Notes under the pieces: generated by a model
What the model was told of the DNA's origin: nothing
Database searches by the model: none
What the model saw: only the letters and a program-made list of their open reading frames with translations
In this document: in pieces, positions 12,801-24,300 of the stretch
How the letters are laid out: the number at the start of each line of letters is the position of its first letter
How positions within the stretch are numbered: position 1 is the stretch's first letter
NCBI RefSeq assembly: GCF_009914755.1
Contig: NC_060942.1
Source: the human T2T-CHM13v2.0 reference genome, Homo sapiens
DNA length: 64,000 nt
Direction: 5' to 3' (one strand)
Translations under genes and position numbers: made by a program

Positions 12801-15800
12801 CAGGACACAGAGATGAACATTCCCTATCATAGAGCAGGTTGGAATCACTCCCTTTGTAGTATCTGGAAGTGGACATTTGGAGCGCTTTCAGGCCTATGTT
12901 GAAAAAGGAAATATCTTCCCATAACAACTAGACACAAGCATTCTCAGAAACTTGTTTGTGATGTGTGCCCTCTACTGACAGAGTTGAACCTTTCTTTTCA
13001 TAGAGCAGTTTTGAAACACTCTTTTTGTAGAATCCGCAAGAGGATATTTGCATAGCTTTGAGGATTTCGTGGGAAACGGGATTGTCTTCAGGTAAAATCT
13101 AGACAGAAGCATTCTCAGAAACTTCTTTGGGATGTTTGCATTCAAGTCACAGAGTAGAACATTCCCTTTGGTAGAGCAGGTTTGAAACACTCTTTTTGTA
13201 GTATCTGGAAGTGGACATTTGGAGCGCTTTCAGGACCATGTTGGAAAGGGAAATATCTTCCCGTAACAACTAGGCAGAAGCATTCTCAGAAACTTATTTG
13301 AGATGTGTGTACTCAACTAAGAGAATTGAACCACCGTTTTGAAGGAGCAGTTTTGAAACCCTCTTTTTCTGGAATCTGCAAGAGTATATTTGCCTAACCT
13401 TGAGGATTTCGTTGGAAACGGGATTGTCTTCAGATAAAATCTAGACAGAAGCATTCTCAGAAACTTCTTTGGGATGTTTGCATTCAAGTCACAGAGTAGA
13501 ACATTCCCTTTGGTAGAGCAGGTTTGAAACAGTCTTTTTTTAGTATATGGAAGTGGACATTTGGAGCGCTTTCAGGCCTACGTTGGAAAAGGAAATATCT
13601 TCCCATAACAACTAGACAGAAGCATTCTCAGAAACTAGTTTCTGATGTGTGTCCTCAACTAACACAGTTGTACATTTCTTTAGACAGAACAGTTTTGAAA
13701 CACTCTTTTTGTGGAATCTGCAAGTGGATATTGGGCTAGATTTGAGGATTTCGTTGGAAACGGGATTACATATAAATAGCAGTCAGCAGCATTCTCAGAA
13801 AGTTCTTTGTGATGATTGCATTCAAGTCACAGAATTGAACATTCCCTTTCATAGAGCAGGTTTGAAACACTCTTTTTGTAGTGTGTGTAAGTGGACATTT
13901 GGAGCGCTTTCTGGCCTAAGGTGAAAAAGGACATATCTTCCCATAAAAACTAGACAGAAGCATTCTCAGAAACTTACTCGTGATGTGTGTCCTCAACTAA
14001 AGGAGTAGAACCTTTCTATTGATAGAGAAGTTTTGAAACGCTCTTTTTGTGGAATCTCCAAGTGGATATTTGGCTAGTTTTGAGGATTTCGTTGGAAGCG
14101 GGAATTCATACAAATTGCAGACTGCAGCGTTCTGAGAAACATCTTTGTGATGTTTGTATTCAAGACACAGAGATGAACATTCCCTATCATAGAGCATGTT
14201 GGAATCACTCCTTTTGTAGTATCTGGAAGTGGACATTTGGAGCGCTTTCAGGCCTATGTTGAAAAAGGAAATATCTTCCCATAACAACTAGACACAAGCA
14301 TTCTCAGAAACTTGTTTGTGATGTGTGCCCTCTACTGACAGAGTTGAACCTTTCTTTTCATAGAGCAGTTTTGAAACACTCTTTTATAGAATCCGCAAGA
14401 GGATATTTGCATAGCTTTGAGGATTTCGTGGGAAACGGGATTGTCTTCAGGTAAAATGTAGACAGAAGCATTCTCAGAAACTTCTTTGGGATGTTTGCAT
14501 TCAAGTCACAGAGTAGAACATTCCCTTTGGTAGAGCAGGTTTGAAACACTCTTTTTGTAGTATCTGGAAGTGGACATTTGGAGCGCTTTCAGGCCCATGT
14601 TGGAAAGGGAAATATCTTCCCGTAACAACTAGGCAGAAGCATTCTCAGAAACTTTTTTGAGATGTGTGTACTCAACTAAGAGAATTGAACCACCGTTTTG
14701 AAGGAGCAGTTTTGAAACCCTCTTTTTCTGGAATCTGCAAGAGTATATTTGCCTAGCCTTGAGGATTTCGTTGGAAACGGGATTGTCTTCAGATAAAATC
14801 TAGACAGAAGCATTCTCAGAAACTTCTTTGGGATGTTTGCATTCAAGTCACAGAGTAGAATATTCCCTTTGGTAGAGCAGGTTTGAAACACTCTTTTTTT
14901 AGTATATGGAAGTGGACATTTGGAGCGCTTTCAGGCCTACGTTGGAAAAGGAAATATCTTCCCATAACAACTAGACAGAAGCATTCTCAGAAACTAGTTT
15001 CTGATGTGTGTCCTCAACTAACACAGTTGTACATTTCTTTAGACAGAACAGTTTTGAAACACTCTTTTTGTGGAATCTGCAAGTGGATATTTGGCTAGAT
15101 TTGAGGATTTCGTTGGAAACGGGATTACATATAAAAAGCAGACAGCAGCATTCTCAGAAAGTTCTTTGTGATGATTGCATTCAAGTCACAGAATTGAACA
15201 TTCCCTTTCACAGAGCAGGTTTGAAACACTCTTTTTGTAGTGTGTGTAAGTGGACATTTGGAGCGCTTTCCGGCCTAAGGTGAAAAAGGAAATATCTTCC
15301 CATAAAAACTAGACAGAAGCATTCTCAGAAACTTACTCGTGATGTGTGTCCTCAACTAAAGGAGTAGAACCTTTCTATTCATAGAGAAGTTTTGAAACGC
15401 TCTTTTTGTGGAATCTCCAAGTGGATATTTGGCTAGTTTTGAGGATTTCGTTGGAAGCGGGAATTCATACAAATTGCAGACTGCAGCGTTCTGAGAAACA
15501 TCTTTGTGATGTTTCTATTCAGGACACAGAGATGAACATTCCCTATCATAGAGCAGGTTGGAATCACTCCTTTTGTAGTATCTGGAAGTGGACATTTGGA
15601 GCGCTTTCAGGCCTATGTTGAAAAAGGAAATATCTTCCCATAACAACTAGACACAAGCATTCTCAGAAACTTGTTTGTGATGTGTGCCCTCTACTGACAG
15701 AGTTGAACCTTTCTTTTCATAGAGCAGTTTTGAAACACTCTTTTTGTAGAATCCGCAAGAGGATATTTGCATAGCTTTGAGGATTTCGTGGGAAACGGGA

Positions 15801-16341
15801 TTGTCTTCAGGTAAAATCTAGACAGAAGCATTCTCAGAAACTTCTTTGGGATGTTTGCATTCAAGTCACAGAGTAGAACATTCCCTTTGGTAGAGCAGGT
15901 TTGAAACCCTCTTTTTGTAGTATCTGGAAGTGGACATTTGGAGCGCTTTCAGGACCATGTTGGAAAGGGAAATATCTTCCCGTAACAACTAGGCAGAAGC
16001 ATTCTCAGAAACTTATTTGAGATGTGTGTACTCAACTAAGAGAATTGAACCACCGTTTTGAAGGAGCAGTTTTGAAACCCTCTTTTTCTGGAATCTGCAA
16101 GAGTATATTTGCCTAGCCTTGAGGATTTCGTTGGAAACGGGATTGTCTTCAGATAAAATCTAGACAGAAGCATTCTCAGAAACTTCTTTGGGATGTTTGC
16201 ATTCAAGTCACAGAGTAGAACATTCCCTTTGGTAGAGCAGGTTTGAAACACTCTTTTTTTAGTATATGGAAGTGGACATTTGGAGCGCTTTCAGGCCTAC
16301 GTTGGAAAAGGAAATATCTTCCCATAACAACTAGACAGAAG

Positions 16342-18384
16342 CATTCTCAGAAACTAGTTTCTGATGTGTGTCCTCAACTAACACAGTTGTACATTTCTTT
16401 AGACAGAACAGTTTTGAAACACTCTTTTTGTGGAATCTGCAAGTGGATATTGGGCTAGATTTGAGGATTTCGTTGGAAACGGGATTACATATAAATAGCA
16501 GTCAGCAGCATTCTCAGAAAGTTCTTTGTGATGATTGCATTCAAGTCACAGAATTGAACATTCCCTTTCATAGAGCAGGTTTGAAACACTCTTTTTGTAG
16601 TGTGTGTAAGTGGACATTTGGAGCGCTTTCCGGCCTAAGGTGAAAAAGGACATATCTTCCCATAAAAACTAGACAGAAGCATTCTCAGAAACTTACTCGT
16701 GATGTGTGTCCTCAACTAAAGGAGTAGAACCTTTCTATTGATAGAGAAGTTTTGAAACGCTCTTTTTGTGGAATCTCCAAGTGGATATTTGGCTAGTTTT
16801 GAGGATTTCGTTGGAAGCGGGAATTCATACAAATTGCAGACTGCAGCGTTCTGAGAAACATCTTTGTGATGTTTGTATTCAAGACACAGAGATGAACATT
16901 CCCTATCATAGAGCATGTTGGAATCACTCCTTTTGTAGTATCTGGAAGTGGACATTTGGAGCGCTTTCAGGCCTATGTTGAAAAAGGAAATATCTTCCCA
17001 TAACAACTAGACACAAGCATTCTCAGAAACTTGTTTGTGATGTGTGCCCTCTACTGACAGAGTTGAACCTTTCTTTTCATAGAGCAGTTTTGAAACACTC
17101 TTTTATAGAATCCGCAAGAGGATATTTGCATAGCTTTGAGGATTTCGTGGGAAACGGGATTGTCTTCAGGTAAAATGTAGACAGAAGCATTCTCAGAAAC
17201 TTCTTTGGGATGTTTGCATTCAAGTCACAGAGTAGAACATTCCCTTTGGTAGAGAAGGTTTGAAACACTCTTTTTGTAGTATCTGGAAGTGGACATTTGG
17301 AGCGCTTTCAGGCCCATGTTGGAAAGGGAAATATCTTCCCGTAACAACTAGGCAGAAGCATTCTCAGAAACTTTTTTGAGATGTGTGTACTCAACTAAGA
17401 GAATTGAACCACCGTTTTGAAGGAGCAGTTTTGAAACCCTCTTTTTCTGGAATCTGCAAGAGTATATTTGCCTAGCCTTGAGGATTTCGTTGGAAACGGG
17501 ATTGTCTTCAGATAAAATCTAGACAGAAGCATTCTCAGAAACTTCTTTGGGATGTTTGCATTCAAGTCACAGAGTAGAATATTCCCTTTGGTAGAGCAGG
17601 TTTGAAACACTCTTTTTTTAGTATATGGAAGTGGACATTTGGAGCGCTTTCAGGCCTACGTTGGAAAAGGAAATATCTTCCCATAACAACTAGACACAAG
17701 CATTCTCAGAAACTTGTTTGTGATGTGTGCCCTCTACTGACAGAGTTGAACCTTTCTTTTCATAGAGCAGTTTTGAAACACTCTTTTTGTAGAATCCGCA
17801 AGAGGATATTTGCATAGCTTTGAGGATTTCGTGGGAAACGGGATTGTCTTCAGGTAAAATCTAGACAGAAGCATTCTCAGAAACTTCTTTGGGATGTTTG
17901 CATTCAAGTCACAGAGTAGAACATTCCCTTTGGTAGAGCAGGTTTGAAACACTCTTTTTGTAGTATCTGGAAGTGGACATTTGGAGCGCTTTCAGGACCA
18001 TGTTGGAAAGGGAAATATCTTCCCGTAACAACTAGGCAGAAGCATTCTCAGAAACTTATTTGAGATGTGTGGACTCAACTAAGAGAATTGAACCACCGTT
18101 TTGAAGGAGCAGTTTTGAAACCCTCTTTTTCTGGAATCTGCAGGAGTATATTTGCCTAGCCTTGAGGATTTCGTTGGAAACGGGATTGTCTTCAGAGAAA
18201 ATCTAGACAGAAGCATTCTCAGAAACTTCTTTGGGATGTTTGCATTCAAGTCACAGAGTAGAACATTCCCTTTGGTAGAGCAGGTTTGAAACACTCTTTT
18301 TTTAGTATATGGAAGTGGACATTTGGAGCGCTTTCAGGCCTACGTTGGAAAAGGAAATATCTTCCCATAACAACTAGACAGAAG
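16342..18384 (+). repeat. 2043-bp structural variant: 8-mer plus orphan tetramer (monomers 5-8 again at 17701-18384)
   Basis: Marker spacing 16368 to 18411 is 2043 bp. Monomer 8 is followed by CATTCTCAGAAACTTGTTTGTG (monomer 5) at 17701 instead of monomer 1. Confidence 0.95.
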
Positions 18385-21300
18385 CATTCTCAGAAACTAG
18401 TTTCTGATGTGTGTCCTCAACTAACACAGTTGTACATTTCTTTAGACAGAACAGTTTTGAAACACTCTTTTTGTGGAATCTGCAAGTGGATATTGGGCTA
18501 GATTTGAGGATTTCGTTGGAAACGGGATTACATATAAATAGCAGTCAGCAGCATTCTCAGAAAGTTCTTTGTGATGATTGCATTCAAGTCACAGAATTGA
18601 ACATTCCCTTTCATAGAGCAGGTTTGAAACACTCTTTTTGTAGTGTGTGTAAGTGGACATTTGGAGCGCTTTCCAGCCTAAGGTGAAAAAGGACATATCT
18701 TCCCATAAAAACTAGACAGAAGCATTCTCAGAAACTTACTCGTGATGTGTGTCCTCAACTAAAGGAGTAGAACCTTTCTATTGATAGAGAAGTTTTGAAA
18801 CGCTCTTTTTGTGGAATCTCCAAGTGGATATTTGGCTAGTTTTGAGGATTTCGTTGGAAGCGGGAATTCATACAAATTGCAGACTGCAGCGTTCTGAGAA
18901 ACATCTTTGTGATGTTTGTATTCAAGACACAGAGATGAACATTCCCTATCATAGAGCATGTTGGAATCACTCCTTTTGTAGTATCTGGAAGTGGACATTT
19001 GGAGCGCTTTCAGGCCTATGTTGAAAAAGGAAATATCTTCCCATAACAACTAGACACAAGCATTCTCAGAAACTTGTTTGTGATGTGTGCCCTCTACTGA
19101 CAGAGTTGAACCTTTCTTTTCATAGAGCAGTTTTGAAACACTCTTTTATAGAATCCGCAAGAGGATATTTGCATAGCTTTGAGGATTTCGTGGGAAACGG
19201 GATTGTCTTCAGGTAAAATGTAGACAGAAGCATTCTCAGAAACTTCTTTGGGATGTTTGCATTCAAGTCACAGAGTAGAACATTCCCTTTGGTAGAGCAG
19301 GTTTGAAACACTCTTTTTGTAGTATCTGGAAGTGGACATTTGGAGCGCTTTCAGGCCCATGTTGGAAAGGGAAATATCTTCCCGTAACAACTAGGCAGAA
19401 GCATTCTCAGAAACTTTTTTGAGATGTGTGTACTCAACTAAGAGAATTGAACCACCGTTTTGAAGGAGCAGTTTTGAAACCCTCTTTTTCTGGAATCTGC
19501 AAGAGTATATTTGCCTAGCCTTGAGGATTTCGTTGGAAACGGGATTGTCTTCAGATAAAATCTAGACAGAAGCATTCTCAGAAACTTCTTTGGGATGTTT
19601 GCATTCAAGTCACAGAGTAGAACATTCCCTTTGGTAGAGCAGGTTTGAAACACTCTTTTTTTAGTATATGGAAGTGGACATTTGGAGCGCTTTCAGGCCT
19701 ACGTTGGAAAAGGAAATATCTTCCCATAACAACTAGACAGAAGCATTCTCAGAAACTAGTTTCTGATGTGTGTCCTCAACTAACACAGTTGTACATTTCT
19801 TTAGACAGAACAGTTTTGAAACACTCTTTTTGTGGAATCTGCAAGTGGATATTTGGCTAGATTTGAGGATTTCGTTGGAAACGGGATTACATATAAAAAG
19901 CAGACAGCAGCATTCTCAGAAAGTTCTTTGTGATGATTGCATTCAAGTCACAGAATTGAACATTCCCTTTCACAGAGCAGGTTTGAAACACTCTTTTTGT
20001 AGTGTGTGTAAGTGGACATTTGGAGCGCTTTCCGGCCTAAGGTGAAAAAGGAAATATCTTCCCATAAAAACTAGACAGAAGCATTCTCAGAAACTTACTC
20101 GTGATGTGTGTCCTCAACTAAAGGAGTAGAACCTTTCTATTCATAGAGAAGTTTTGAAACGCTCTTTTTGTGGAATCTCCAAGTGGATATTTGGCTAGTT
20201 TTGAGGATTTCGTTGGAAGCGGGAATTCATACAAATTGCAGACTGCAGCGTTCTGAGAAACATCTTTGTGATGTTTGTATTCAGGACACAGAGATGAACA
20301 TTCCCTATCATAGAGCAGGTTGGAATCACTCCTTTTGTAGTATCTGGAAGTGGACATTTGGAGCGCTTTCAGGCCTATGTTGAAAAAGGAAATATCTTCC
20401 CATAACAACTAGACACAAGCATTCTCAGAAACTTGTTTGTGATGTGTGCCCTCTACTGACAGAGTTGAACCTTTCTTTTCATAGAGCAGTTTTGAAACAC
20501 TCTTTTTGTAGAATCCGCAAGAGGATATTTGCATAGCTTTGAGGATTTCGTGGGAAACGGGATTGTCTTCAGGTAAAATCTAGACAGAAGCATTCTCAGA
20601 AACTTCTTTGGGATGTTTGCATTCAAGTCACAGAGTAGAACATTCCCTTTGGTAGAGCAGGTTTGAAACACTCTTTTTGTAGTATCTGGAAGTGGACATT
20701 TGGAGCGCTTTCAGGACCATGTTGGAAAGGGAAATATCTTCCCGTAACAACTAGGCAGAAGCATTCTCAGAAACTTATTTGAGATGTGTGTACTCAACTA
20801 AGAGAATTGAACCACCGTTTTGAAGGAGCAGTTTTGAAACCCTCTTTTTCTGGAATCTGCAAGAGTATATTTGCCTAGCCTTGAGGATTTCGTTGGAAAC
20901 GGGATTGTCTTCAGATAAAATCTAGACAGAAGCATTCTCAGAAACTTATTTGGGATGTTTGCATTCAAGTCACAGAGTAGAACATTCCCTTTGGTAGAGC
21001 AGGTTTGAAACAGTCTTTTTTTAGTATATGGAAGTGGACATTTGGAGCGCTTTCAGGCCTACGTTGGAAAAGGAAATATCTTCCCATAACAACTAGACAG
21101 AAGCATTCTCAGAAACTAGTTTCTGATGTGTGTCCTCAACTAACACAGTTGTACATTTCTTTAGACAGAACAGTTTTGAAACACTCTTTTTGTGGAATCT
21201 GCAAGTGGATATTGGGCTAGATTTGAGGATTTCGTTGGAAACGGGATTACATATAAATAGCAGTCAGCAGCATTCTCAGAAAGTTCTTTGTGATGATTGC

Positions 21301-24300
21301 ATTCAAGTCACAGAATTGAACATTCCCTTTCATAGAGCAGGTTGGAAACACTCTTTTTGTAGTGTGTGTAAGTGGACATTTGGAGCGCTTTCCGGCCTAA
21401 GGTGAAAAAGGACATATCTTCCCATAAAAACTAGACAGAAGCATTCTCAGAAACTTACTCGTGATGTGTGTCCTCAACTAAAGGAGTAGAACCTTTCTAT
21501 TGATAGAGAAGTTTTGAAACGCTCTTTTTGTGCAATCTCCAAGTGGATATTTGGCTAGTTTTGAGGATTTCGTTGGAAGCGGGAATTCATACAAATTGCA
21601 GACTGCAGCGTTCTGAGAAACATCTTTGTGATGTTTGTATTCAAGACACAGAGATGAACATTCCCTGTCATAGAGCATGTTGGAATCACTCCTTTTGTAG
21701 TATCTGGAAGTGGACATTTGGAGCGCTTTCAGGCCTATGTTGAAAAAGGAAATATCTTCCCATAACAACTAGACACAAGCATTCTCAGAAACTTGTTTGT
21801 GATGTGTGCCCTCTACTGACAGAGTTGAACCTTTCTTTTCATAGAGCAGTTTTGAAACACTCTTTTATAGAATCCGCAAGAGGATATTTGCATAGCTTTG
21901 AGGATTTCGTGGGAAACGGGATTGTCTTCAGGTAAAATGTAGACAGAAGCATTCTCAGAAACTTCTTTGGGATGTTTGCATTCAAGTCACAGAGTAGAAC
22001 ATTCCCTTTGGTAGAGCAGGTTTCAAACACTCTTTTTGTAGTATCTGGAAGTGGATATTTGGAGCGCTTTCAGGCCCATATTGGAAAGGGAAATATCTTC
22101 CCGTAACAACTAGGCAGAAGCATTCTCAGAAACTTTTTTGAGATGTGTGTACTCAACTAAGAGAATTGAACCACCGTTTTGAAGGAGCAGTTTTGAAACC
22201 CTCTTTTTCTGGAATCTGCAAGAGTATATTTGCCTAGCCTTGAGGATTTCGTTGGAAACGGGATTGTCTTCAGATAAAATCTAGACAGAAGCATTCTCAG
22301 AAACTTCTTTGGGATGTTTGCATTCAAGTCACAGAGTAGAATATTCCCTTTGGTAGAGCAGGTTTGAAACACTCTTTTTTTAGTATATGGAAGTGGACAT
22401 TTGGAGCGCTTTCAGGCCTACGTTGGAAAAAGAAATATCTTCCCATAACAACTAGACAGAAGCATTCTCAGAAACTAGTTTCTGATGTGTGTCCTCAACT
22501 AACACAGTTGTACATTTCTTTAGACAGAACAGTTTTGAAACACTCTTTTTGTGGAATCTGCAAGTGGATATTTGGCTAGATTTGAGGATTTCGTTGGAAA
22601 CGGGATTACATATAAAAAGCAGACAGCAGCATTCTCAGAAAGTTCTTTGTGATGATTGCATTCAAGTCACAGAATTGAACATTCCCTTTCACAGAGCAGG
22701 TTTGCAACACTCTTTTTGTAGTGTGTGTAAGTGGACATTTGGAGCGCTTTCCGGCCTAAGGTGAAAAAGGAAATATCTTCCCATAAAAACTAGACAGAAG
22801 CATTCTCAGAAACTTACTCGTGATGTGTGTCCTCAACTAAAGGAGTAGAACCTTTCTATTCATAGAGAAGTTTTGAAACGCTCTTTTTGTGGAATCTCCA
22901 AGTGGATATTTGGCTAGTTTTGAGGATTTCGTTGGAAGCGGGAATTCATACAAATTGCAGACTGCAGCGTTCTGAGAAACATCTTTGTGATGTTTGTATT
23001 CAAGACACAGAGATGAACATTCCCTATCATAGAGCATGTTGGAATCACTCCTTTTGTAGTATCTGGAAGTGGACATTTGGAGCGCTTTCAGGCCTATGTT
23101 GAAAAAGGAAATATCTTCCCATAACAGCTAGACACAAGCATTCTCAGAAACTTGTTTGTGATGTGTGCCCTCTACTGACAGAGTTGAACCTTTCTTTTCA
23201 TAGAGCTGTTTTGAAACACTCTTTTTGTAGAATCCGCAAGAGGATATTTGCATAGCTTTGAGGATTTCGTGGGAAACGGGATTGTCTTCAGGTAAAATCT
23301 AGACAGAAGCATTCTCAGAAACTTCTTTGGGATGTTTGCATTCAAGTCACAGAGTAGAACATTCCCTTTGGTAGAGCAGGTTTGAAACACTCTTTTTGTA
23401 GTATCTGGAAGTGGACATTTGGAGCGCTTTCAGGCCCATGTTGGAAAGGGAAATATCTTCCCGTAACAACTAGGCAGAAGCATTCTCAGAAACTTATTTG
23501 AGATGTGTGGACTCAACTAAGAGAATTGAACCACCGTTTTGAAGGAGCAGTTTTGAAACCCTCTTTTTCTGGAATCTGCAAGAGTATATTTGCCTAGCCT
23601 TGAGGATTTCGTTGGAAACGGGATTGTCTTCAGATAAAATCTAGACAGAAGCATTCTCAGAAACTTCTTTGGGATGTTTGCATTCAAGTCACAGAGTAGA
23701 ACATTCCCTTTGGTAGAGCAGGTTTGAAACGCTCTTTTTTTAGTATATGGAAGTGGACATTTGGAGCGCTTTCAGGCCTACGTTGGAAAAGGAAATCTCT
23801 TCCCATAACTAGACAGAAGCATTCTCAGAAACTAGTTTCTGATGTGTGTCCTCAACTAACACAGTTGTACATTTCTTTAGACAGAACAGTTTTGAAACAC
23901 TCTTTTTGTGGAATCTGCAAGTGGATATTGGGCTAGATTTGAGGATTTCGTTGGAAACGGGATTACATATAAAAAGCCGTCAGCAGCATTCTCAGAAAGT
24001 TCTTTGTGATGATTGCAGTCAAGTCACAGAATTGAACATTCCCTTTCACAGAGGAGGTTTGAAACACTCTTTTTGTAGGGTGTGTAAGTGGACATTTGGA
24101 GCGCTTTCCGGCCTAAGGTGAAAAAGGACATATCTTCCCATAAAAACTAGACAGAAGCATTCTCAGAAACTTACTCGTGATGTGTGCCCTCAACTAAAGG
24201 AATAGAACCTTTCTATTCATAGAGAAGTTTTGAAACGCTCTTTTTGTGGAATCTCCAAGTGGATATTTGGCTAGTTTTGAGGATTTCGTTGGAAGCGGGA

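Larger units (their letters stand above)
26..16341 (+). repeat. Tandem duplication of a six-HOR block (period 8158 bp)
   Basis: The unit length pattern 1359,1360,1360,1360,1359,1360 occurs twice, and rare SNVs recur at +8158. Confidence 0.9.

Noticed and set aside
16342-18384. 2043-bp unit as another canonical 12-mer
   Set aside because: It lacks the four 12-mer-specific monomers and is an 8-mer plus repeated monomers 5-8.
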